Below, in pieces: positions 1 through 13,300 of a stretch of 64,000 nt of DNA. This DNA is from Isurus oxyrinchus (lineage: Eukaryota): contig JANJGN010000036.1 of the NCBI GenBank assembly GCA_026770705.1, positions 3,844,001 through 3,908,000 on the forward strand, written 5' to 3'. The position numbers and the translations under genes are program-made. How positions within the stretch are numbered: position 1 is the stretch's first letter; each line of letters opens with the position of its first letter. A model generated the notes under the pieces. It had not been told where the DNA came from. It made no database searches and was given only the letters and a program-made list of their open reading frames with translations.

Positions 1-400
1 TCTCCCCATCTCTCCCTCTGCTACCCTCTACATTTCAGCCTCCCTACATCTCTCCCTCTGTTCCCTATCTCCCACCTCTCCCGCTCCAAGTCACCCCATC
101 TGCCCCTCTCTCCCAATGTCTCCCTCCCCAATCTCCCAACTCTCCCACACAACAACGCTTCCTCTCTCCCCTACCTCCCAACTCTCCCTTTCTTCCCATC
201 TCTCCCATTCACTCGCTCTCTCCCTTGCTCCCTCTCACCCCAGCTGTGCCGCTCTCCAGCATCTCTCCATCTCTCACCTATCACGCTCATCATTTCCGCT
301 CGCCCCATCTCACCTCTCCCTTTCACTAGCCCCTCTCTCCCTTCTTTCCCCTCCCTCCGCCCTCAGCTCTCTCCTCCTCTCCAATTATTTCTCTCTGTAT
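1..400. repeat. CT-rich low-complexity tract
   Basis: Direct inspection. Confidence 0.9.
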
Positions 401-1241
401 TTCTACCTTTGTTGAACAGTTTCGCATAAGTGAGCTGCTCCCTACATCAGCACCGGATCTGTACATCTCTCTGGCTTAATATTGCTGTGCTATTAAAACA
501 GTGTCCTATCAATCTCTCGCTCTCATTCTCCTTGTAGCTAGCGCTATTTTATCTGTCTATGTTTCTCCTATTTAAATAGTGTTCTATAATTTCGCTGCTT
601 TCTCTCGCTTTCCCTCTCCCTCCTTTCCACCTCCTATAATCAGTGGTCTATCCACCTGTCCATCTCTCTTCCTCTCAGTTCCCTGTTTAAGCAGCGTTAT
701 AATCGATCTCTTCCCCACTGCTCTTGCTATCAACATCTCCATCTATCCCTTTATCTCTTCTCCCTCTTCCTTTCTCTTTCTACTTCTGTCCTCTCTCAAC
801 ATTGCCCTATAAGATCTCTGCTCTATTTGAGGGTGATGAAATGTGGAAAAATCTATTTCCATTTTCGGGTGAAATTATGCTTTCAGAATTGTCATTTTTT
901 TCCACTTTTTTAATTAATGCCACAGACTTTCTTTTAAATAAAAGCATTTTTTCGCAGATTCTCTGCGCCCTACCACTTGCAATTTCCCTCCTCCTGGGAG
1001 TTTGTCGGCGGCGGCGCTTCTCCTCCTAGGGATGATCTTTGTGGCCGGGAGAAGGGGCTTCAGGCAGCGCCAAACAGGTAGCTATTGTTGGGAAAAGCTG
1101 TAACTCCGCGGCGCTCTCAATCCATCCATCTATCAATGGTTTCCTGACTCGTCCAGTCTGTCCATTGTGCAATGTAGCCATTTATGCTCAGTTCAAATTC
1201 TTCCTTCTAACAGGCAACACAAATAACGACCAGGAACTGAC

Positions 1242-1299
1242 AGTTTCCAGAGAATACTGACAGAATGAAGAGGTAAAAGAGTGGAATTGTTGTTGCCAT
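1242..1299 (-). pseudogene. Leader exon of lineage X, copy 1 (MATTIPLFYLFILSVFSGN); decayed V-like sequence follows to about 930
   Basis: Signal-peptide-like, phase-1 GTCAGT donor; homologous copies at 16671-16743 and about 23727-23790. Confidence 0.5.
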
Positions 1300-2249
1300 T
1301 ACACATGGATGTATTGCACTGAATTTTAATCCAAGGTTGAAAATTCATAATTATAGTTATATGAGTCTAGAAAACATTACGTCCTGGGCACCACAGGATG
1401 GCAGGAACTAGGCTTCAATTCCTGTCGTGAGGGAGATTAAGTGGTGAACTAATCGAGGGGTTAAAGATAATTGAAGGATACTATCGTCTCCATAGAGGGA
1501 AACTAGTTGCCCTGGTGGTGCGGGATTGGGGGCTCGAGGGTGGGTGGGGGATGAGGGTTTCGGTGCAGGGGATGTGTAGCGTGGGTGTGGGGCTGGAGGC
1601 CAGAACAGGGGGTCAGAACGTTAATATTATAGCCAGGACGTGCAGGGGTGATGTCAGGAAACACATAGTCAAAGAAAGGCCAGTGGAAATCTGGAACTCT
1701 TTCCTGTCACAAGCTGCTGGAGCTGCTCACTCAATTGGAAATGTCGAAACTGAGATTGCTTGATTTTTGTTTTGTAAGGAGCTTATGGATTATGGAACCA
1801 AGGTGGTTACCTGTAAGTTATGATGCAGATTCGCCATTGTATAATTGAATAGACTGCAGCGTCCACATGGCCTCCTCCTATGCCTATGAGGATGACATTT
1901 GTTATATTAATATATTTTGTTTTTATTTTTCTCCACAGACACATTATGCCCGCTTGGCCTTTAAAGTGGATCCCACACTCTGATTGGAGAGGAAAGAGGG
2001 ATACAGTTCACAGCGTGCTTCCCGATCTTGACTTGCTGTAGAAAGTTTCCTCTGTTGGGTGGGAAAGTCTGAAAGTCCAAACAGAGCAAATTCTGGCGCA
2101 TTCTGGACTTAATTTTATGATGTTGCCCAAAGCGTAAACTGAATAATATCTTAATGTCCAATATTCTAATGATGAAATATCGCCTGCAGTTCCACTCCGG
2201 CCTCTCCAGGTTTCTGTTATTTGGTATTAGTGTTTATTTTTGAAATCTG

Positions 2250-3400
2250 TATCATTATACAGTACGTGAGCAATATATTATTCAAATAGGTTTTACATTC
2301 TATCTGTGCTCAAGTTCCTACTTACTAAAACAGGTTTGAAAACCAATGACAGCTCTGTGTTTGGAGTTTTTTTTTGTTCATTCAGACCAGATGCGCCCAG
2401 GATATCCCTGAGGCCAACATATAAATGCATTTATAGAGCGAATGTCAGCAGGATAGAAGTCGGGTTAAGGACCGACAGATACTGGATGGGGATTTAGGCT
2501 GCATTGATGTGAAAGCTGCAGTGTTAGTGAACCCCGAGTCTTCACTGTCCTGGGACTGAACAATATTACATTTAGTCTAGAAAGGAGATTATTTTGAACT
2601 CATCTGTTTTTTTGATAATGCAGTTAAGTGGATTTTACCGATTAAAACCACGAGTTGGCAGATCCTTAAAGCACAGAATAAGGCCTTATGGCCCATCATC
2701 GCAGTACTAGCTCTTTGAATGTGCACTCTAGTCCCACCCCCCAGCTGTCTCTCATGACCCAAAGAATTAGTCATCTTGTAGCACACTTACCATTAACTCC
2801 CACTAACAGCACCGCCCAATAGGTGTGACTGAAAGCGCCTTGCTGGTGATGGTAATAATTCGCAAATGTGAACGCATTCTGTTCCTCATGTTGGAAGATC
2901 AGTCAAACACTTGACTAAATTTGAGATGATGTTTCACTGAGGTGCTGTGTTATATTTTCAAGACAAATTTAACATCATTACTATTAAAAAGCTGGTCTGG
3001 AATCTCTTGGTGTGCTGATGACTGGATATTTTTGTTAGCGATCAAAATTTGAACTGCCAAACCCCTTGTGATTCCTGTTCCTAATGGATAGAAACATTTA
3101 GAAATTAACAGCTGCTTATTCTGCTGTAAAGAGACATTCTGCACAAATATCTCTACAGTATTTCAAGACACTTGTCACAGATGCAGCTGGGAAAAGTAAT
3201 TCTTTTAAACACAGTGAACCCTCCAGAAGGTTTGTGGTCCTCAACCTGCAGGACAACAACTCGTTCAAAAAAAGAAAGAACCAGGAAACTTCTCAACAGC
3301 CTCCCTATTCTCCCCAACGAGAGAACCATTCTTAGTACTGATTACTCCGTGCATCATAGGCCTTCAGATATCAGCTCTCTTAATAGCGTGAACCATTAAT
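2250..3400 (+). pseudogene. V-J, C1 and TM relic (lineage Y, copy 1)
   Basis: Homologous to 16950-17950 (+) and 54960-56310 (-); remnants WD..NITFSLERRLF, LVCLMTG (across a shift), FLVLITPCIIGLQISALLIA. Confidence 0.45.
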
Positions 3401-4765
3401 CCTACAGGCATATTGGAGAACGAGAAGGCCATTCAGACCCTCTCCTGGGTTGGACCTGGTATCCAATCGGATGATGGCTGAAGTTAGGAAACAGAGAAAG
3501 TTTATGTAAGTTATATGTGTAACTGGGTGTGTTATGAGTAACATATATTTCCAAGTTTAAATTTTATTTATATTGTTTTCTATTTGTGTGTTGAAAGGTG
3601 AAATCTACGTTTTTAGGTCTGTTTGTAAGTTGAGTCAGCAGGTCTAAAGCTCTTTTGTATTCTTGCATTACTAATTGGTTTAATGACTCTCAAAGAGAAT
3701 GTAAAGTAGTGCAAGAGTAAAAATAATTGCGCAGTTGCCCATCATCAGGGGTCCAGAGAGGGAACCCGCCCACCTCCGCCCCCCCCCCCCCCCCCACCCC
3801 CCAGCCCCCGACTCCCGCCAACAAACACACACACAGACAGAGAGAGAGAAAAACAAATAAGTTGCTTGAGTTCACTTTAAAGCAGCTGCAGAGAAAGGCT
3901 GAACAGCAGAGGCACAGATAGCATGCCCGAAACTTAAAGCCATAACTCCAAAAATGTCTACTGTGGGAAGGAAATTCAGAGAGCAGATTTCTCGAAAGAA
4001 CCGAAGCGCCCCAAGGCTAAGGAGTGAGAAGGAAACAGGATAAAGTCCCAGGAAGACATTACATATAAAGGAAGAACAGGAACCTAGCAAAGAACCTGCT
4101 TAGTGAAGTTAAGAGTGAGGAGCAGAGAAAGGCTCCAAACTTCAGTGCTTAACTGGAGAGAGCTGCAGGAAACTGATATAAGCTGGATAGTCTTAAGAGG
4201 AGCCAGAAGGTCCAAGGACAGAGCTGAAGGGCTGTAACTCTTTGGTATGGTCATGTGAAGCAGTGTTGCACTTGTCAGTGAAAGAGATTTCGTGAAGGCA
4301 CGCCTGAATGCATGTTGTGTTCACGGGTAGTGATACATGGGAAGGTGGGTCAAAACCCTGAATGTGGACTCTGGTGGAAGGCATTTGAGAGAAAGCATTG
4401 GCTGGGAAAATATTCAAAAGCAAATTCTTCGAGAGTGGAATCGCTCGTCTGAAAGATGGAGTCCAGTGAGACTGGTTGGCTCACGGTGTGACAAGTGTCT
4501 TTGGGGTGGGGAGCGGTGGGCGTTTCGTTGTGAGGCAGAGAGGGTGTGTTTGGAATCGATGAGATACCCATTTAATAAATTTGGTGTGTTGGGCAGCGTG
4601 TGGATGGAACTGTTTGAATATTCTGGATATGCTCATTTCAGCACAGCTACCTGGGGAGTCAGTGGAAGGAAGCTGCTTCTAAAGCTGAACTCCTCACGTG
4701 TAATAAAAGGCAGCTGCCGGTGAGAGAGAAGCACCATCAGACACTCACTCTGCTGCCACCGGAGA

Positions 4766-5179
4766 ATGTTGTTGATGAACTTAATGACCCAATTCACGTC
4801 CATATTTAAGTATTCTTGAAGTGAATCATGAATCTACTCGAAAGCTAATTGACAGGAATTAGTTCACGAGACCTTCAGAAGCACAATTCAATTGTTTCAA
4901 CTCTGTAGAGAGGAGGAAGATTTTTATGATGGAATTGTGGATTTACGCTGATTACTACACTCTTACTCAGTTCACGGATACAATTATTATTTATAAAGCA
5001 ATCATAAATAATCCATCCAAAATATTGCCGGAAAGTTTATTTTTAGGTCATTCTGCGACGGAATCTGATTTACCAATGTTCCACCCATGATTGATACCTG
5101 CATGATTCAGGATCACACAAAAATCGGGTTAATGGACACCAGGTTAAATGGTTTGTGTCGGGTCACGAAATTGTTGGTC
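4766..5179 (+). pseudogene. Leader plus V-J exon relic (lineage A, copy 1)
   Basis: MLLMNLMTQFTSI after a TATA-like/E-box region; across frameshifts SVHGY, HDSG, TKLLV; homologous to 18798-19231. Confidence 0.5.
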
Positions 5180-5971
5180 AGGAAAGATTGAACTCTAGAC
5201 AAGTGGAGTCTGAGCCGGTGACGTCAGAGAGGTCTTTCAAATTTAGGTAATATTCGATAGAGTAGACGTAAACAGAGGTTTGCACTTATGGTAACGAGAC
5301 AAGATCTAGGGGGCCATCAATATAGTCACTAATATATTTAATGGGGAATCCATAAGAAATTTAGTTACACGGAGAGTGGGGAGAATATGGGGCTCATTCC
5401 CACGGAGAGTAGTCGAGGTGAATCACAGAGATGGGTTTAATGGGGAAGCTGGATAAATACATGAAGGAGAAAGGAAAAGAAGGATATGTTAATGTTTTGA
5501 GATGAAGAGGCGGATGGGAGGAAATTAGTATCATAAAGCAGGTTGTAGTGGAGAAATTAACGTTACTGAAAGTTTATAAGTGACCAGGGCCTGATATTGC
5601 GCATCCCAGACTGTTGAAAGAGGTTGCTATAGAGCTAGTGGATGCTTTGGTGCTCATTTTCCAAAATTCTATAGATTCTAGAATATTTCCCGAAGTTTGG
5701 AATGTTGCAAATTGCAGCCCCTGTTTAAAAAGAGATGTAGAGAGAAAGCAGGAAACGATAGAAATGTTAGCCTTACATCAATAGTAAGGAAACTGCTAGA
5801 ATCTATTACAAAGAATGTGATAAATGGATGCTTCGGTAATCATGGTCTGATTGGCCATAGTCAGCATTTAGGCGCGAATGGAAAATTATGTTTGACGAGC
5901 CTTTTGGTGTTTGGAGAGTCAATGGGCGCAGTATACGTGGATTTTCAGATGGCTTTTGATAACGTCCTCCA

Positions 5972-6400
5972 AGGTGGGGGGAAGAAGGGGGGAAGCAGTG
6001 GGGGGAAGAAAGGGGGGTAAGAAGGGGGAAAAGAAGGGGGAGGAAGAAGGGGGGAGAAGGGAGGAAGAGGGGGGAAGAAGGGGGCAAGAAGGGGGAAAGA
6101 AGGGGGAAGGGGAGAAGAAGGGGAAGAGGGGGACGAAGGTGGTGGGAGAAGAGTGGGGGAAGAAGAGGTCGGGAACAGGGGGGCAAGAAGGTCGTGAAGA
6201 AGACATGGCGAAGAAAGGGGGGAAGGGGGGGCAAGAAGTGGGGGAGAAGGTGGGAAGAAGTGGGAAGGGGGAAGAGGTGGACGAAGAATGGGGGAAGAGG
6301 GAGGCAGAAGGTGGGGGGAGGAGGAAGGGGGTGGGGAAGAGAGGGGCGAAGAAGGTGGTGGAAGAAGGCGGGGGAAAGAAGGGGGTGAAGAAGGGGGGAT
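5972..6400. repeat. Purine-rich low-complexity tract (GGGGGAAGAA-like units)
   Basis: Direct inspection. Confidence 0.95.
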
Positions 6401-6659
6401 TGTTGGGACAAGCAAGCAGTGATAAGAAGAGATAACCAAAAGATGTCACAGACAAAAGAACAAAGAGTTGTTGAAGGTGGTGACTTTATCTAAAAGAATG
6501 TGCTAATTAAGAGTGGAAAGCAGGGCAAGCAGAGTAGCTCTAGTGGGGGTGGTGTGAAATAAACTCTGGGTGGAATATATTTTAAAATAATGGAAAATGG
6601 TGGGAAAAAATTCTGTATCAATTATTGAAATAAACAAAAGGGAGGGGGAAGAAACGAAA

Positions 6660-6875
6660 AGGGGGTGGGGATGGAGGACGGAGTTCAAGATCTAAAGTTG
6701 TTGAACTCAGTATTCAGTCCGGAAGGCTGTAAAGTGCCTAATTGGAAGATGAGGAGCTGTTCAAGCTTCACTGGAACAATGCAGCAAGCCAAGGACAGAC
6801 ATGTGGGCAAGAGAGCAGGGTGGAGTGTTAAAATGGCAAACAAAAGGGTGGTCTGGTTAATGCTTGGAATAAACT
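6660..6875 (-). mobile_element. Penelope-like element fragment (GIY-YIG C-terminus) nested in the CR1
   Basis: Minus strand reads EQLLIFQLGTLQPSGLNTEFNNFRS*. Confidence 0.65.
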
Positions 6876-8580
6876 GATCCTTCTTTCATTGGCCGGCTGT
6901 GAGCATTGGGGTACCGCAGGGATCAGTTCTTGGGCCCCAGCTGTTCACAATATATATCAAAGATTTGGAAGTGGGGACCAACTGTCACATTTCCAAGTTC
7001 AAGAATGATACAAAGTTAGGCGGGAATGAATGTTGTGAGGAAGGTGTAAAACGGCTACAGGAGAAGTTGGACAAACTTGGTGAATGGGCAAGATCATGGC
7101 AGATTGAATTAGTTGTGCGGAAATGTGAAGGTATTCACTTTGGTAGAGTGAACAGATGTGCATAGTGTTTCCTGAAAAAAGGATTAGAAAATGTAGATGT
7201 ACTTGGTATCATGTGTGTCCTTGTCCATTAAGCACTGAAGATTAACATGCAGATGCAGCAAGCAATGAGGAAGGGTAATGGACTGTTAACCTTTAACTCA
7301 AGTGGATTTAAGTACAGGAGTAGTGAAGACTTGCTTCAATTGTATAGAAGTTTGGGTAGAACGCACCTGGAGTACTGTGTGCAATTTTGGTCCTCTTATG
7401 TCCGAAAGGATATTATTGCCACAGAGGGACTGCAACAAAGTTCAGCAGACTTGTTCCAGGCATGGCGGGTCTGTGATATGAACAGATATTGGGCAAACTG
7501 GGCCTTTATTCTCCAGAGTTTCGAAGAATAAGAGGTGATCTCGTTGAAACCTACAAAATGCTTAAAGGAATAGTCAGGGTAGACTCACGTAGAACGCTTA
7601 CCCTTGTTGGGGATTCTTGAACCAATGGATACAATTATAAAATAAGGGAGAAGCCACTTAGGACGGGGAGGGGAAGATTTTTTTTTACTGAGAGACTTAT
7701 TAATCGTTGGAATTCGCCACCCCCTGGAAGCTCAACCATGGAGTCTGTTTAAGGTAGAGATTGATAGGTTTCTGATTAACAATAATGCAAAAGGTTATGG
7801 GGATAGTGCGAGCTAAAGGCATTGAAGTGTTGGATTGAATGGTGGAGCAGGCCCGACGGGCTGAATGACCTTCCCCTGAATAGGATCGTGTGGAGCAGAA
7901 AGAAAGGCACAGAGCAGATGGCCTATGCTCCACTGATCCAGAGGAATAATTTTGACAGAAGGAGACAGGCAGGGAGACAGACTCTGACTAAACAAAATGC
8001 TAAAATATTAGCATCTGATTCTCAGTTTCTTCAATCTGGTATATTTGTGTTGAAACCAGAATATATTACTCTGTTTTGGAAAATTAAACAGAACACTTGG
8101 AATTAGGGGCTTTTTCCCTGCCTTCATGTGAATGTCATAAACAGTAATGCTGTTGAATTCAGCTCCATTGCCATTTGTCCCAAATTTGACTCATTCTGAA
8201 ATGCGCACTGCCTGAGACGCGTGTTTACCATGTGTTGCCCTTAGCAGGCAGAGCCGTGTGTGGCCTCTCAGCCTGTAAACAGGAAAGCCTCAGCTAAAAT
8301 TTATTGTGCACTGTTTTTATTCCAGTGAGGGAGTTGGGGGGGCTGGGGGGTTGGGCAGGGTGGTGGGCGGTGGGAGACGGGGGGCGGAGTTCGCCCCGTG
8401 CCGCTGGGGCCCATATTAATCCCCGAACAACATCATTGAGGGCATGATCTGTTTCATAAACACTTTTGTTATTTGTGTGTCTTACTCCACTGCCGCACTC
8501 TTGTAGCCGCTTCTTCAGAGGAAGAAGTGTTTCTCTCCCTATCATAACAGAAGCCAGAGTGTTAATTTTGTTCCTTTCAG

Positions 8581-8786
8581 CTTTTGACTCTCAAGCAGTT
8601 TTGTCCCAGACTCAGGCAATTCAGCGTCTCTCGTTTGGAAGTCCCTACATGGTGCTTTGTGATCCGGCTGAGTTCGCGGTGGTGGGGAGGGGGCCGGTCC
8701 CCTTGTTTAAGCCGGACGCATCTGCAACTGCTTTACACCATGATAGAATGCAACTGTCCAACCGGGGGATATTCGGGAGAAGCTAA
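8581..8786 (+). pseudogene. V exon relic (lineage B, copy 1), 3' end deleted
   Basis: TTTCAG acceptor, DSQAVLSQTQAIQRLSFG..MVLC; clear nucleotide homology to 20878-21085; decayed leader near 8443. Confidence 0.7.
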
Positions 8787-10488
8787 CGGCACACGAAGTC
8801 TCGATTCTCTGATCATGTGTCTTTGTACAACTTCTGAACCCTTGCCCCGTTCTCATGTATCTCATCATTTCAGTGTTTAGCTTTCTGAATTTTTAAGTCC
8901 ATTTGTCCATTCGGCGTCACAGCGGATGGAGCGAAATAAACTCTTTTCGCAAGACAATGATTAAATAACAGCCCAATTTCCTGTTTACCAATTTCACTCT
9001 CGATTCCTCTAAGTCATCACCTGCACTCCAAAGAGCTTCCAGTACAGAAAGATTGCATTCGGCCCTTTTGTTCAATACTGGTGTTGCTGCTCCACACGAA
9101 ACTCCTCTCATCCCCTCTTCATCTCAGCCCATCAACACCTTCTATTTGTCATTTCTCCCTCACGTGTTTATACAGCTTCACACATAAATCCATTTCTGCA
9201 AGTGACCTCAACCATGCCCTCTGGAAGTGGGTTCCGCATTCTTGCCACTCTCTGGTTCAAGAGATTTCTCCTGAATTTCTGATTGCAGTTGGTAGTGATT
9301 ATCTGGCTTCGGGCTCTGCACTCCCCCAACAAGTCCAAACACTTACGCCTGCCCGAAAAATCATTTTATAATCTTAAAGATGTCAGGTCACTCTTCAGCC
9401 TTCTCTTTGCTTGGGAAAAGAAGACAGCCTGTTCAATCTTTCCTGAATGTTTTAGCCTCTCAGTTTTGGTATCATTACAGTAAACATTTTTTTTTCACCT
9501 TCCCATGTTTCTCCATATTACTTTTATGATATAGAGACTAGAATTATTCACATGGCCATACGTGTGGTCAGGCTAAGATTTAATATCCGTTTAACAAAGC
9601 CTATCTTCTTTAGATGCTTATTTTTGTAGGCTTGCCCACACTCTGGGCCCGTATCTTTTATGACCTTATTAAACTCTGTCACCAATTTCAATGATTCTTG
9701 TGTCTGTACCTCAGAAGTCTCATCTCTTGTATCTGATTTAATCTCTTATTTCCAGGGAGTGTGTAGCTGTAACCCTAGACCTAAGTGTAACCCAAACCCC
9801 AATCCCTACCCGTCCTGACAAAACGGTCTCTATCTAGCGGTTCATCCAAGTCAAAGGAAAGAAATCCGCTGGATAACTATGAAGCAGTTGGTATTCCATG
9901 CGTGGCTGTAAACGGTTATCATCAATGATTATAAATGAAGTTGGTGAAAAATTCCAAATATATGGGTTCGTTACGGACGGACAACACCGATTTGTGAAAG
10001 TGTTTCATGTGTAACACATTAAGTACAGGTTTCCTTTTCACGAAGTTTCGGAGTGGACACTTAATGAGAAAACAGGAGATAGAACATTAATGGATTTCCA
10101 CAAGGTCTTCATGTGTCTCCCAAGAGGTTTGATGGAAATAATGAAGTGCTCAATGTGAAGGAGATGTGGGAACGAGAGTAGAAGCATAGACACAGACTGA
10201 AGAAATGACTACCCCTCATGTTGAGGGTCAGGTGGAAGTGTTGCATTCTGCCGAGGACCTTGGGATAAGTTTGGATATGAGTTAAGAATGCGGACAGAGA
10301 GGTGGGTAATGAGAAAAGCTTTGAATCAATTTACCAAAGAGTGAACAGAAACATGGATGCTCCCATTGCCTCAGTCAGCGCTCTACACTGTGCTGGTCAT
10401 TGTTGAATAGCTCTATCGTATTATTGTGTTTTAGGAAATTCATCTATGTATCTACTGCTCGCTCCCTGTCCTCTTTCTTTCTGTTTGC

Positions 10489-10663
10489 NNNNNNNNNNNN
10501 NNNNNNNNNNNNNNNNNNNNNNNNNNNNNNNNNNNNNNNNNNNNNNNNNNNNNNNNNNNNNNNNNNNNNNNNNNNNNNNNNNNNNNNNNNNNNNNNNNNN
10601 NNNNNNNNNNNNNNNNNNNNNNNNNNNNNNNNNNNNNNNNNNNNNNNNNNNNNNNNNNNNNNN
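10489..10663. other. Assembly gap
   Basis: N run. Confidence 1.
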
Positions 10664-11929
10664 TCTAGCTAGTGGGTCATCTGGGTCATACCGATATCCT
10701 GCAAACTGCGAAACAACACATGATAGAATTTTGGCAACATTATGTAAAACTAGTATGTGGAGGAGCCGGCAACTTTGGGCTGAAGGAGGAATATTTGCAA
10801 TGCGAACAGTTTTTGTGCTTGCTAATGCCCACCACAACAACATTTCACAAGTGCATTCTCCACTCCTCTCTCAGGCCATGTGGTGCAGCATTTCTTCTTG
10901 CTTCCCGCTCCATCTGCTGGACCAGTTCCCCAAATCCTGCAAGGAACCATACCCAAACCACCTGGAACTCCCGATCTCCATCAACTGCCTCCTGAAAATG
11001 CCTGCAAGTCCTGAGTCAATGTGCTTGCCTCTCTTCATGAGCTCACCCTGCTAGGATTCTTCACCATTTACCTTCCATGAGTCAGCGCTGAAGAATAGGT
11101 TGTTCCACGGTGTTTCTCCGAGGGGTGCGTAAAGTGACCCTGTTCACTGGGCATTGCAGGGAAGGTGGATTAAGTGATCGATTCGGGTTTCAGTAAGCTA
11201 ATCAGCGTCATTTAATCTAAGAAGGAACTCTACCTAATGGAAAATGACCTCCAGTTGGTCGAGGTGGGTTAATATTTTCAGCTGGTGTATTGAATTGAAG
11301 AGCTGTATCAGTTCGAGCGGCTGTTTGAGTATGAAGCACAGTATAATTTTGTGGAATTTCAGAAACTTGAGGAGTTGTATTAGTTTGACAGCTAATTCAG
11401 TTTAACCCTGTAGTGCACAAACACGATTTTCAGAATCCAACATTGGGAATTGTCGAACTGAATGGCTGCAGTGAAATAGGGCAGCCAAATCCCAGAGCAC
11501 TTGACAATCAGACTTGATAGGGCAAGCTAAGTTTCGAAAGGCAATTGTTGGCTAACGACAGCAGAATAAAGTGCATCACTGAGACAGAATGAAATGTATA
11601 AATTTGTTGGAATGAATTCACCATGTCTTTGTGTCAATGTTGTCTATTTTCTTTACTTAATTAGTAACATTGGAATTTAGACGTTTTGGAATTTTTTTCC
11701 AAAGCAGACACTGTACAAAATATATTCTGTCAAAACAAGGGTATAGGTTGATGTCGTAAAACGTTTGTGGAAGCAGAAGCACAAAACATTTGAACAATGG
11801 TGTAAAGTGAGTGTCCCTTGGAGATACCCAATTGTATAAATTAAACCCTTTGGGAATGTATTGCTCTAGTGGTTAATTCAGACACATTGCCTGCAGCGCG
11901 AAGCAACAGATCACTTCACACAAAAGATC

Positions 11930-13300
11930 ATGAACACATTTTACAATTTCTGGAAAATATATAACACGATTCTTGCCATCATTTGTCTTCCTGGTAAGTT
12001 ACTCTAACCATTGGCGCTGTGCAGTATTTCTGGAGTTACTCTGTGACTGATAATGTCACATGCTCTTTTAGTTGTGACAGTTATCCGCACATCCGTCCAG
12101 AGATATCACTTAATTAGTTCAAAAATCATGAATGATCTCCGAGACTTTATTCCATTGCCTCACTTGAAAATGTGCCTTTGTTTATAGCTCCCAGGATCTC
12201 CAAATTATCCAGTTATTGATTCTTTTGAGAATTGCTTCGTGTTGATTCAGACCTCAGTGCAGACATGGCCCTGAGGGAACTCTGCAGGGCAGTCTCAGTC
12301 AGTGCGATTTCATACTGCTAAGGTCCACTAAATGGAATGAAGCAAACGACCCCAGCTACCGTGTATCAAGGAGAGTATCTGTCACTGTAGAACTGCACTT
12401 AGGATCATTTAATCATGAAAAGTTTACTGCACAGAAAGAGACAACTTGGCCCATCTTACCTGCGCAGGCCAAAAAACGAGCCACACTAGGAGCCACCCTC
12501 AGCGTGGGATTAACAGGGCGTTTGGACCTGAATGCATGGGACATGTGTCACTGGGGGCATGTATCAGTGCACAGCTCTTCAGTGCAGCCTTCGTGGAACA
12601 TCTGACCCCAGTGGCCAAATGATGTATTATCAGAAGTCGAAGCATCTGAAGAACTGTTTAGAACGTGGGTCCGCACCTGGCTGGGACGCCTGATGCTGGT
12701 GCCTGTGCATTATGGAGAGTAGAAACTCAGTAAATGCTGAAAATGTTCAACAAGTCGGGCAGCATTTGCAGAGAGAGAAACAGACCTTCGAGTCAAATAT
12801 TCGATTCAAAATCTCAACTCTGTTTCGCCCTCCACGATTATTGTCAGACCTTTTGTGTATTTCCTGCACTTTCTATTTTGTTTCAGGTTTGCAGCATCCA
12901 AAGTGATTTGTTTTCATTGCTGGGAGCATGCTTCTTTGTAGAGCTGAGCTCAGTGAGGTTCCCTAACGGGGAACACCTGACTCCAGTGACCATCTATTAC
13001 TGGGAGTGTTTATGATTGTACATTTATAATCAGGACGTGACAGGAAACTGAGCAGGAAACCTGATCCGTGTGAGCATGTTTTCTTGGGAGTTCTTATCAT
13101 TGCGAAATTGTCCTGAGGGTGGCTCGCTAACTGCAATGAAGGAAATTGAATTAAGTGTGGGTCCCAACTGATGTGAAGCAATTTAGTTACACCTTAAATC
13201 ATTCTTTCAGGCGACTGAACGCACTGGATGTACTTTTGTATTTTGTTATGATGGGAAAAGGGAAGCGACTTGCTGTTCGTTGATGTTTAGCAATAAGTTT
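11930..13300 (+). pseudogene. Leader (11930-11993) plus decayed V-like exon from 12072, possible C1 and TM remnants
   Basis: MNTFYNFWKIYNTILAIICLP G|GTAAGT, 78-nt intron ending CTTTTAG, then CL*LPGSP and SICHC remnants; TTTCAG-led LNALDVLLYFVMMGKG at 13211. Confidence 0.45.

Larger units (their letters stand above)
5525..7875 (+). mobile_element. Decayed CR1-type LINE ORF2 3' part with nested inserts
   Basis: VSLTSIVRKLLE, VYVDFQMAFD, GVPQGSVLGPQLFTIYI, HLEYCVQFWS. Confidence 0.9.
2186..10116 (+). repeat. Segmental duplication, copy 1 (paralogous to 16904-22980)
   Basis: Collinear matching blocks at 2.2-3.6, 4.6-5.5 and 7.9-10.1 kb. Confidence 0.85.

Noticed and set aside
5806-6455. Several long ORFs of 164-201 aa
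   Set aside because: Artefacts of the purine-rich low-complexity tract
10400-11054. ORFs up to 202 aa
   Set aside because: They span an N gap and show no recognisable domain
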